IMG/VR virus record: IMGVR_UViG_3300028197_001738
Span: 31,664-95,663 of that record
Origin: a virus
Length of the DNA: 64,000 nucleotides
Strand: one strand, 5' to 3'
The notes under the pieces were generated by a model. That model had not been told where the DNA came from, searched no databases, and was given only the letters and a program-made list of their open reading frames with translations. The position numbers were made by a program, and so were the translations under genes. This document shows positions 31,375-40,436 of the stretch, in pieces; position 1 is the first letter of the stretch, and every line of letters starts with the position of its first letter.

Positions 31375-32784
31375 TTACCTGATAAATGATATGGTACTAG
31401 TATTACTATACACTTTATTTCCTGGACAGTCATAAGATTCGACAGCTGCACGAACTTTAACATTATATACACTAGTTAATATGTCTTCCCCTGCTAAAAA
31501 AGTAGGATATTTGGGAACATCATAATTAGGTATATTATCTCCTCCCTGTGGACATAATCCACTAGTAGGACATAAGAAAAATCTGGTGTTTTTTTGAACA
31601 GCTAAATCAGATCCTTTTTTGGCCGTTATAACTCCTCCAGTAGGAGAAACAAAAATTATGGGCCATTCTGCATCTAGTATTTCTATACTATAATTAAAAT
31701 TTGTATCTTTTTCAAAAACCCCACCAGGACTTTTGTCCGTTGGCGTAAGAGCAAAATTAAATTCATGATAAGCAAAGCCGTCGAAATCTTCTTCTATTAT
31801 TGTTTTTTCATTAAGAGTAGCACCCTCTGTGTCTGTAATTTCTATTTGATAATTATCTGGTAAACAATCTTCACAAATTACAGTTTGTTGATCGCCATAA
31901 ACTTGTAAATCTGGACGTATTACAGGACTTAAACCTAAGCGGATATTAGCATATTTGATACTATTGTCTCTCATCAAACATCCATCATTTATAGAATAAT
32001 CTATTACATTATCTCCGCAAACAACTCCTGTTGCTGGACAAAATAGTAAATTTACATCAATTTTACCAGTATCTTTAGAAGGTTTAATTAAGCCAGAAAC
32101 AGGGGAGATATTAACTGGCCAGTTTGCAGCAACGCTTTCCACATTATAAGAATATACCTCAAAAGGTCTTAAGTTAGATAAATTAAATACTATATCAGCA
32201 GAATTATTCTCTGTCAATTTTATCTGAGATATTCCATTTGTTGATTGAACATTAAATAATAATGGTGGTTCATCTTCAGAAACGTCACCATCGCCATCTC
32301 CTCCCCCATCTCCGCCCCCATCTCCCCCATCTTCAGGAGTTGTAGAACTGCCGCCATTATCGCAAGTAGTAACAGTGGCGTTACAAGAACTAATCCCATC
32401 AATAGTAGGAAGACTAGATATGTCAGTAAAGCCAAATACCTCTCCTCCTTTTACAGGAACTTCAAGAGGAACTAAACTACTGTCTCTTAAGATAATATAG
32501 TAAGCAGTTAAAGAACTTAAAGAGGTTAAAGTGCATTCTGGATGAGGTTCATAAGTATAAACTATATTACCTAGATTGTCAGATCCTTGAGTTAATCTGG
32601 TCCAAAATTTAGGCATTTCTCCGGCAAGATTTTGAGGAGCATATATAGTATCTACACTTTGTATAAATCTATTATATTTTTCTCTTGCTGTGGTGTCACT
32701 GTTGATCTCTTCGGGTATTTGAATAATATCCAAAGATTCTACACCAGTATATGTAAATATAAAAAATTGGCCATTAATAATCAT
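31375..32784 (-). CDS. Virion protein with unique N-terminus, Gly/Asp linker and 2 NWP-type repeats
   Basis: AANWP...FCPATG...CEDC; DAEWP...LCPTSGLCP. Confidence 0.7.
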   Translation of the reverse strand: MIINGQFFIFTYTGVESLDIIQIPEEINSDTTAREKYNRFIQSVDTIYAPQNLAGEMPKFWTRLTQGSDNLGNIVYTYEPHPECTLTSLSSLTAYYIILRDSSLVPLEVPVKGGEVFGFTDISSLPTIDGISSCNATVTTCDNGGSSTTPEDGGDGGGDGGGDGDGDVSEDEPPLLFNVQSTNGISQIKLTENNSADIVFNLSNLRPFEVYSYNVESVAANWPVNISPVSGLIKPSKDTGKIDVNLLFCPATGVVCGDNVIDYSINDGCLMRDNSIKYANIRLGLSPVIRPDLQVYGDQQTVICEDCLPDNYQIEITDTEGATLNEKTIIEEDFDGFAYHEFNFALTPTDKSPGGVFEKDTNFNYSIEILDAEWPIIFVSPTGGVITAKKGSDLAVQKNTRFFLCPTSGLCPQGGDNIPNYDVPKYPTFLAGEDILTSVYNVKVRAAVESYDCPGNKVYSNTSTISFIR

Positions 32785-32809
32785 AGTAAGTCTCTTGTAA
32801 AAGTGTCAT

Positions 32810-32822
32810 TAGTAATTACACC
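32810..32822 (-). promoter_or_regulatory. Candidate late promoter motif GGTGTAATTACTA
   Basis: Intergenic, about 26 nt upstream of ATG 32784; same core as the copies at 58422 and 62839. Confidence 0.5.
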
Positions 32823-32830
32823 ACAAATTA

Positions 32831-33820
32831 TTAGGTAACATCTACAATACATTTTGTATCTCCCATCACTCTGCCAGCTATATTAATTATGGGAGCTAAT
32901 GCAATATCTGAGGACTCTTCAGAGTTTGGTAAAAAGGCATTACTTTTTACTGGCAAAAATATAACAATATCTTCATCTGTAGAATCTTCTCTGTAAAAAT
33001 TAGCTATAACTCTATTCTGAAATACATATTTCCAATTATTGTCTTTATTCAAAATTACATAATTACCAATAGTCTCTCTTTCTTCTATAGTTTGTGGAGA
33101 AACACAGGATTGATCTTTAGTGAGTGTGTATAGACCTTCAAATATAGTTGAGTTATTTGTATTATCTGCAGACCCATCAACTAATTTTGTTAATTCAAAT
33201 CTATTATTTGATCCAAAAATTATATCTTTTATATACACGGACTCTTCTTCGGGAATACCCGGCCCCTCTATCAGCATTCCAGGTCTAACTAAGCCTACTA
33301 GGTCGTTCTCTCCGTCGTTTTCATCTTCGTCTGTATTATTTGATGAGTTGTTTGTTAGCTCTATTATAGAAAACCCATTTGGACCAATATTAGAGTTGGT
33401 ATTACTTCTTAGTATACGACCATTTAATGCAAATTTTTCTTCTCCGCTAGTTGTTATTAACTTATAATCAGTATATAAGACTGCACCATATCTATTTTTA
33501 ATACTTAATCTAAATAATACTTGAATTTGAGATAAATGAGAATATTTAACAGAAACAAATATCTTCGGTTGAAAATCTTTATTACCAAGCATTGTATAAG
33601 CAGCAGTTTCTGGTAAAAATCTAATAACTGGCTCTGGTTTTTCAGGTAGTATTCTAACATAATCGAAATAATAAAAATATTCTTCTGCAGCAGATATGTT
33701 GGAAGAAAATACTACTCCTTCAGATGAGCTTGTATTGCATGGATTGGTTCCAGGTATCGGAAAGGATAAAATAATTCCATCCGATAGTTGTTCGCTAGTA
33801 TATGTGTCTGTACAAATCAT
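32831..33820 (-). CDS. Putative virion structural protein
   Basis: VRPGMLIEGPGIP...YIKDI...FELT resembles a beta-repeat seen in phage fibre/baseplate proteins. Confidence 0.5.
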   Translation of the reverse strand: MICTDTYTSEQLSDGIILSFPIPGTNPCNTSSSEGVVFSSNISAAEEYFYYFDYVRILPEKPEPVIRFLPETAAYTMLGNKDFQPKIFVSVKYSHLSQIQVLFRLSIKNRYGAVLYTDYKLITTSGEEKFALNGRILRSNTNSNIGPNGFSIIELTNNSSNNTDEDENDGENDLVGLVRPGMLIEGPGIPEEESVYIKDIIFGSNNRFELTKLVDGSADNTNNSTIFEGLYTLTKDQSCVSPQTIEERETIGNYVILNKDNNWKYVFQNRVIANFYREDSTDEDIVIFLPVKSNAFLPNSEESSDIALAPIINIAGRVMGDTKCIVDVT

Positions 33821-33833
33821 TATTAATCATTTC

Positions 33834-34391
33834 CTATATAGATTCTAAACAAGTAAGAGTTAATAATTTTTCAACTAATTTAATATTATCAAGATATACT
33901 ACAAATTTAAAGATACTAATATTTTCATAAGAAGCTGGATTAACTTTTATGGTTACAGGAACAGTAGCTTGTCTAAGTTCTGTCTCTGTAGCGGGAGTAT
34001 CTCCATCAGCGGGAACTGTATCTGTGTATGATCTATATCTTGGTGTGTCCAAAGATATATTGTCTGCTATGGTGTTATTAGTTAATTCCACAATATCAAA
34101 CGAGTACTGAGATGGGTCAGGTTTTAATTTATTAATCTCTGCTATAATTAAACCACCAGAACAACAAAAAGATCCGACATTATCTCCAACGTCGGCTTCT
34201 TCATAATAAAACTTAATTTCTGGGACAGTATTAAAACACAGTTTTTGACCTATAAATTCTACAATTTCTCCTGCTATTGTTTTTGTATAAAGTCTACCAG
34301 TAACGCTATTGATAACGATTTCTCCGATATCAACTTGATCTTTACCTGGTGGAACTATACTTGTTTCGTCTCTTTTGAATTTGAGTTTCAT
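33834..34391 (-). CDS. Fibre-attachment protein with Mtd-N/hyaluronidase-N-like domain plus CCSG Ig-like domain
   Basis: MKLKFKRD...P...VDIGEIVINSVTGRLYTK; FCCSG shared with the last domain of 27780-29705. Confidence 0.6.
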   Translation of the reverse strand: MKLKFKRDETSIVPPGKDQVDIGEIVINSVTGRLYTKTIAGEIVEFIGQKLCFNTVPEIKFYYEEADVGDNVGSFCCSGGLIIAEINKLKPDPSQYSFDIVELTNNTIADNISLDTPRYRSYTDTVPADGDTPATETELRQATVPVTIKVNPASYENISIFKFVVYLDNIKLVEKLLTLTCLESI

Positions 34392-36851
34392 CTAACATAC
34401 TCCTCCTGTAAATAATACTAAACCGAAATCCCAATTACCTAATGGATCATCTTCAGGATCATCTTCTTCTATTGGGTTCTCAACTTCTGCCTTAGAAGAC
34501 ATCGCCAAAAATGAATAAGAACTTTGTCCTATACTGTTATAGGCTGAAAGTCGATACAAATATGTAATATCTTCATTAGTTCCTGTAATTGTTTCAAATT
34601 GATTTGTAATTAAATTCTCAGGAGAATTATAGTTAACCCAATTTATACCACCATCTTCCGATTCTTCTATTAGATATCCTAATATAGCACTACCCCCATT
34701 ATGCCCAGGCTCCCAAGACAAATTAATTTCTGATGGACCTCCTGGAGTATCAGAAAAGAATCTGAATCCTGTAAAATTATTTGGATTTTCTGGTAAATCT
34801 GCTGATACAAAAACGGTATCGGTCGCAGCCGTATATTCGCTTATGCCAACACTGTTTTGCGCAGCAATCCTAAATATGTAAGGGGTTAGGACAGACAAGC
34901 CTGTGATAGTAGCAGAAGTTTGATCATTACTTTGTCTTTCGACCAAAACCGGAGTTTGAGGTAGTGTAGTCCATTCATTACCATTATTCGCTGAAAATTG
35001 CACAATATAATTAGTAATGGTTTTGCCACCATTGTTTACGGGAGCATTCCATCCTAAAGAAATTTCTGATCTACCTGCGCTAAAACTTAAATTGGTAGGA
35101 GGACCAGGTTCCGTTGGATTTTCTGTTGCTCTTCTAGATATAATTCGACCCTTATCATTTACTGTCAATAGAGCATTGGTTACATACTCAGATTCTCCAT
35201 CTTCAGTAGGTTCTGGCAATAAATATATTTCTCTAGACATCAAGTAATCTGTGTAACTCACACCAGACACAGTTAAATTAGCATAACTTTCTAATGTTCC
35301 AACGCCGCTAGCAATAGCCGAATAACTATAGGCTCCTGATGTATTAACAAGCACTTTAGCAGACTCATCAAAACCCCAGCCTGTAGGCATTGTTTTTTCT
35401 CTGTCTATATATTTTTCGTAAATTACTCCAGTGGACGGCAATCCACTAACAGCATTTGGTATATGTGCATCTATTTTAAAACTTGGAACAAGTCCACTAG
35501 GAACACCGTTGTCGTTTAAATCAAACAACTCTTTAACATAATTATCATACTCTATAACTCTTCTTCCATAAATATTAAAGTCAATATCTTCAGCAACACT
35601 ATTAAATGATGTATAAAGCTCTGGTCGATTGCTTAAAGTATTTATAGTAGAGGGTTTAAAGGTAAATCTAGAATCTGTCTCATCTGCATCCTCGTTAAAG
35701 AGTACTTCACAGTTAAACCTCGCCTGGGATTTTACTCCTGAGGCCAAAGCCATCTCAAAATAGGAACCTTTCTTTACCGAAAAAGCATAAGATATTCCAG
35801 ATACAGGTAGTGCGGCTCCTGGTGGACAAACATTAATTTTAGTACCACTATAAGGTTCGCCATCAATTGGATCAACCCAGTTTGCAACCTCTGTAATATC
35901 ATCGAATTGGGGTTCTTCTACAAAAATATCATCATCATAAGTAAGGTATCTAACATTATCAGAGAATTTTACAAATGAAACATCTCCATTCTCGTTAACT
36001 AATGCTACTGTATCAGCTATGTCAAATTCTATACCCAGCACTGTATCGTCGGTAAAAGGAGCGACATCTTCAAGAGGTTCGTACCAAGTGGGGTTTTTGT
36101 TATAAAATGCAATAGCTCCATCCATTACAAAAACAGGTCTCATAGGATATCTATTAAATGTTAATCCTTCTGGTAGAAAATCTGGTGGTTGCCAAAGAGC
36201 AGTGATGTCATCTCCTGAACCCATGTGTGTTAGAACCCTGCCTTTATAAAGTTCTATTTCTGGTCCTACTTTAATACCACCTGTTATATGAACTAACTCT
36301 ACATTAAAGTTTACTTGAGGTCCCACCTGTTGAGCATCTTCTCCTTCTCCAACCACTACAGGATTAGAAAATTCAATATGACTATAGGTAGCTAATTCGT
36401 TACTAGGACTTGCTTCGTTACCTCCATCACTAATATATAACAATTGTTGCGTACCATATCCAGAAAAAATTAAACTATCAAGCTCTTCGTTATATATAAT
36501 GCCTGTCGTTGCAGCAAGCTCGTCGTTTCCAGCTTTATAAATTAAACCACTGGCAGCACCTGGGTACAAATCTAAAACTTCTCCAGAGCTATCTATTTTA
36601 TAAATATTTTGAGCATACAAAGAATCTGCTATAAGACCACTGGTTTCTACAAAACCGGGCGTATTTAAGATAATTCCCGATGAGCTAGATATGCCTATAT
36701 AACCTGAGGCAGCAAAAGAAGTAAAACGAGTGCCCCATTGATTTGGAAAATTTACTGTAACAAGTTTGCCCTCACTGTCTCTTTGATTTGGTTTATCATG
36801 AGGAGGAGCTAAAGTAATTGGTACTGGATTATATCTTGAAAAAATACTCAT
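34392..36851 (-). CDS. Tail fibre-like protein with two C-terminal fibronectin type III domains
   Basis: PGPPTNL...LGWNAPVNNGGKTITNYIVQ...YIFRIAAQNSVG and LSWEPGHNGGSAILGY...YRLSAYNSIG. Confidence 0.85.
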   Translation of the reverse strand: MSIFSRYNPVPITLAPPHDKPNQRDSEGKLVTVNFPNQWGTRFTSFAASGYIGISSSSGIILNTPGFVETSGLIADSLYAQNIYKIDSSGEVLDLYPGAASGLIYKAGNDELAATTGIIYNEELDSLIFSGYGTQQLLYISDGGNEASPSNELATYSHIEFSNPVVVGEGEDAQQVGPQVNFNVELVHITGGIKVGPEIELYKGRVLTHMGSGDDITALWQPPDFLPEGLTFNRYPMRPVFVMDGAIAFYNKNPTWYEPLEDVAPFTDDTVLGIEFDIADTVALVNENGDVSFVKFSDNVRYLTYDDDIFVEEPQFDDITEVANWVDPIDGEPYSGTKINVCPPGAALPVSGISYAFSVKKGSYFEMALASGVKSQARFNCEVLFNEDADETDSRFTFKPSTINTLSNRPELYTSFNSVAEDIDFNIYGRRVIEYDNYVKELFDLNDNGVPSGLVPSFKIDAHIPNAVSGLPSTGVIYEKYIDREKTMPTGWGFDESAKVLVNTSGAYSYSAIASGVGTLESYANLTVSGVSYTDYLMSREIYLLPEPTEDGESEYVTNALLTVNDKGRIISRRATENPTEPGPPTNLSFSAGRSEISLGWNAPVNNGGKTITNYIVQFSANNGNEWTTLPQTPVLVERQSNDQTSATITGLSVLTPYIFRIAAQNSVGISEYTAATDTVFVSADLPENPNNFTGFRFFSDTPGGPSEINLSWEPGHNGGSAILGYLIEESEDGGINWVNYNSPENLITNQFETITGTNEDITYLYRLSAYNSIGQSSYSFLAMSSKAEVENPIEEDDPEDDPLGNWDFGLVLFTGGVC

Positions 36852-36866
36852 TTATTAAAACTCCTG

Positions 36867-39800
36867 TTAACAGAATGGTGGGCAGGGCACGTCGACTGCT
36901 CCACCTCCACCGGTATCATCTTCGTCACAATTTAAACAATTATCACAAACACCAGCAACTTGATCATAATCAAAACAACAATTACTTTGACAGCAAAAGT
37001 CTGAAGAGGCTACGCAAAAACCATCACTACCACAAACTTCACAGAAGAAACAATCGGTATTAGCAGTACATGCTTCTGTTCCGGGTATCAATTCTCTTCT
37101 TGGTAGAGGAGAAGAAGCTTGGGGATTATCTCCAACTATTAAGCGATCCGTATAAAGCCAGCCACTCACGCTAACCGTGGCATATAATGAACCATCGGTA
37201 TATTCAACAACTTCGTACGGATCAGGTCTCCTGAACATAGAAGAGGAAATACCTGTCCCCACACTACTAGCACTAGGCTCAAAATACGCAGCTTTATGCC
37301 ATTGATTTATACTAGGAATCCAATATTTTCTGTATCTCTTTTTAGCTATAACATAACTATTCTCAGAATTGTCATTAGGCATAACGTCATAAGCGCCAGT
37401 ATCTATGGTTACATCTACATCTGCATCAGCGACTCCCGTAGGAGCTCCATTGTGCAACCAATTGGTGAATCTTACAGCGCTAATAAAGCTTACAAAATTT
37501 ACTGGTTTTTCAGCCATATGTTCTTTAACAGTATAATCAAAATCTACATCGGAAGCCATAAGCGATATCTGCTGAATACCTCCGATTACTTCACTATACA
37601 TTCTTGAATCATATAAATCCCTATCATTTTCTCTAGCTACTGCCTGTAAGAATTCTACATATTGAGAATTAGTAATCTCATATTTACCCATTCGATAAAA
37701 ATTATCAACCACACCTAGTCCATCAAGAGATACTAAAGAATAACTATCGCCGTCTTTAAGATATAAGTTAGTGTTATCTTCAACATTATTAGAATCAATG
37801 ACTGTAACAAAATCTAAATTCAAAGTATTCGCAATAAAAGACTCGTCTTCCATGTTATATGCAGAAGCTATTCTAAAGCCTACTCTGTCGTAAGCTCCAG
37901 ACCTGTCAATAAATTCTATACTTCGTAATCCTGTTGGACTAATAGTACCACTGTTTGGCGTAAACGCAGAACCACCAGCTACTGTCTCTTGATGATCTCT
38001 CATTTCTAATATGTCTTTTTCAACCCATTCAGCTACATTACCATTTTGATCATAGGTTCCATAATAAGAAGACACTCCGTTAGTTCCGACATTTGAAAGT
38101 ATTCCACTAAATGTATGAAGTTTTGTGTCAGGACTACTGGCATTATAACCATAATTAGCAGATGAATATAGATTACTTAATCCTTCTCCGCTAGCATTAA
38201 TAATCATTGGGAAAATACTTGAGTTACAATCTCTTGTGGCAAAAATATTATAATTACCAGATTCGTAAACAACCTGATCGCTGAAAGCTTTAATTTTAAA
38301 TGCTGGGTTTTCTTCTGTCCCATAAACAATAAAATCTATATTCTTTTTTTCTGTATTAAATTCGGTAGTGACATTAGGTCTAATACTTAAAATAATATTA
38401 GAGTTATCTGGAATTGCCCCTTCCGCAATTTTTCGACTTATAGATAAATAACCTCCTTGGCTTGTTGAAAATACATTATACGTTGATTGTACAGTATTTA
38501 CATTTTGGTCTAATAGCATAGAGGTAATAAGACTATTTTCAGAATATATCTCTAAAATAAATCTGTAATCAAGAGACCCATCAGCATTTTCAATAGATAT
38601 TTGATCATTAACACTAAATTCATTAATTGGAATAGGGTCTGCTTCTATAGCAGTTATCTGTCTTTTACAAATAGAAACTTGTCTCTTCTTATGTTTATTC
38701 CATAGTATATCTGCATCTGTTCTAAAATAATCATCTATGCCATAAGAGCCACTTAAAATACCATTTTCTGTGGTTGTAATAAATTGACCAGAAGGAATAT
38801 TAGAAAAACTAAGTGTTTGATTTTGATTCAAAATAACTCCTGTAGACGCGACGACATCATTATTATCGTCGACCACAAGTAAACTACTAGGAGATATATT
38901 GGGAATATTTATATTAGATGATTGAATATTAGTTATATTCGCTGTTCCCTGTATTGTTACAGTAGAAGTTCCACTACCCAATGTTACATTATTAGAAGCT
39001 ATATTGGATGTTGTACTATTAACTATAAAAGAAGATCCTGTATTAAATGTACTAGATGTTGTGTCTACAGAAAGTCCAGTAGAGTCTAAAGTTATATCAT
39101 TACCACTAGATCCTATAGTAGTAGAATTGTCTCTATCAAAAACTAAGCTATTTAAACCACTATAACCTACCGTAATATTGTTTATATCAGCACTTAGTGC
39201 GCTGACATCAGAAAAGCCAGAAGCAAAAACAAGATCTAGATGTCCTAGTTCTGAGCCATAACTATTATTAATTGCAAAAGCTTGTATTTTTACAAAATCT
39301 GTTTTATTACCTACAGAATTTTTAGCAGATAGATTGAGTTGGGATATTTGAGTATTGTTTGATAAAGCGGTAGTTGGTTTATGGTATAGGGTTACATTTG
39401 CTGGATGACATACGCTTCTATTTTCTAATCTAAAACCTTCTTGACATAGAGTATTAACAACATGGAATATGGTCGTTGGTCTGGAGCCTGAAGGTATATT
39501 TAAACCTAATTTACCATCATATGTAAAAAATAAATTTTTAGGATTAGCACCAGTACCAGATCCGTAAACAATAAAGTCTGAAGATTGTCTATCATTATTG
39601 AAAACAACCGAATCTGCTCCGCTAGTAGGTATGATAGTATGAGCCTGCTCACTATTATCTGCTCCAAGTAGTAGATCTCCATTTCCAGAACCTATATAAA
39701 ATTCTCCACCCTGAAAACCGTTTGCTCCATCATTGTATTGGAAGGAATAAGGATTTCCATTAGAGTCACTCATAGAACTAAACTGATTGTCTTCATTAAG

Positions 39801-40421
39801 ATTAAGTTTAGCAATAGAGTCTTCTAGATTAGCTGTATTGACGACATACCATTTGTCTTTATAGATTAATCTAACATAATCTTTATAGTTAGATAATACT
39901 AATATTACATGCCCATTACCTTCTCTTACTGTAACATTATTAGAGCCTTCAATAATTTTTACATCAATTTCTAATCCACTAAGAGGCTCTGGGGGTAATA
40001 CAAGATCTATGTTTTGATGAGTTGTATCTGCTAAATAAGTAGATTTTTGATTGTATGCTGCGATAGATTTATCGAGAAGTATTGTGTTGGAAAATGCAGT
40101 GTCAAAATTACGCTGATTGGCAAATAGATAAAATTCTGTTTTAGGATTATCGGGAAATGTAACAGGATTATTATTACTAGAAGAAGAAACAACATCTTTC
40201 CTACTAACTACAACATTACCATTAGAATCAAATTCTACAACACCGACGCCAGCCTCCCACAAACCACTATCAACTAATCTTGCAATATAAGGAATACTGT
40301 ATCCTATATGAGATTTATCTAAAAAATGGAAAGTAGATATTTTTTTGTCCTGATGAAACTGATTATTTTTTAACTTAAACCTAAAACCTATATTATCAAA
40401 AATTTTCAGTATTGTATTCAT
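36867..40421 (-). CDS. Tail fibre/receptor-binding protein with circularly permuted FGE-sulfatase (CLec-fold) domain and Cys-rich tail
   Basis: WEAGVG...VSR..VVSSS phage fibre N-domain; YDQNGNVAEW...GGS...VGFRIAS precedes FVTV...KYEITNSQY...KPVNFVS...WHKAAY. Confidence 0.8.
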   Translation of the reverse strand: MNTILKIFDNIGFRFKLKNNQFHQDKKISTFHFLDKSHIGYSIPYIARLVDSGLWEAGVGVVEFDSNGNVVVSRKDVVSSSSNNNPVTFPDNPKTEFYLFANQRNFDTAFSNTILLDKSIAAYNQKSTYLADTTHQNIDLVLPPEPLSGLEIDVKIIEGSNNVTVREGNGHVILVLSNYKDYVRLIYKDKWYVVNTANLEDSIAKLNLNEDNQFSSMSDSNGNPYSFQYNDGANGFQGGEFYIGSGNGDLLLGADNSEQAHTIIPTSGADSVVFNNDRQSSDFIVYGSGTGANPKNLFFTYDGKLGLNIPSGSRPTTIFHVVNTLCQEGFRLENRSVCHPANVTLYHKPTTALSNNTQISQLNLSAKNSVGNKTDFVKIQAFAINNSYGSELGHLDLVFASGFSDVSALSADINNITVGYSGLNSLVFDRDNSTTIGSSGNDITLDSTGLSVDTTSSTFNTGSSFIVNSTTSNIASNNVTLGSGTSTVTIQGTANITNIQSSNINIPNISPSSLLVVDDNNDVVASTGVILNQNQTLSFSNIPSGQFITTTENGILSGSYGIDDYFRTDADILWNKHKKRQVSICKRQITAIEADPIPINEFSVNDQISIENADGSLDYRFILEIYSENSLITSMLLDQNVNTVQSTYNVFSTSQGGYLSISRKIAEGAIPDNSNIILSIRPNVTTEFNTEKKNIDFIVYGTEENPAFKIKAFSDQVVYESGNYNIFATRDCNSSIFPMIINASGEGLSNLYSSANYGYNASSPDTKLHTFSGILSNVGTNGVSSYYGTYDQNGNVAEWVEKDILEMRDHQETVAGGSAFTPNSGTISPTGLRSIEFIDRSGAYDRVGFRIASAYNMEDESFIANTLNLDFVTVIDSNNVEDNTNLYLKDGDSYSLVSLDGLGVVDNFYRMGKYEITNSQYVEFLQAVARENDRDLYDSRMYSEVIGGIQQISLMASDVDFDYTVKEHMAEKPVNFVSFISAVRFTNWLHNGAPTGVADADVDVTIDTGAYDVMPNDNSENSYVIAKKRYRKYWIPSINQWHKAAYFEPSASSVGTGISSSMFRRPDPYEVVEYTDGSLYATVSVSGWLYTDRLIVGDNPQASSPLPRRELIPGTEACTANTDCFFCEVCGSDGFCVASSDFCCQSNCCFDYDQVAGVCDNCLNCDEDDTGGGGAVDVPCPPFC

Positions 40422-40436
40422 TATAGTCTCTTAGCC

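Noticed and set aside
37863-37980. Active diversity-generating retroelement
   Set aside because: No reverse transcriptase or template repeat seen in this window; it cannot be excluded elsewhere in the genome.
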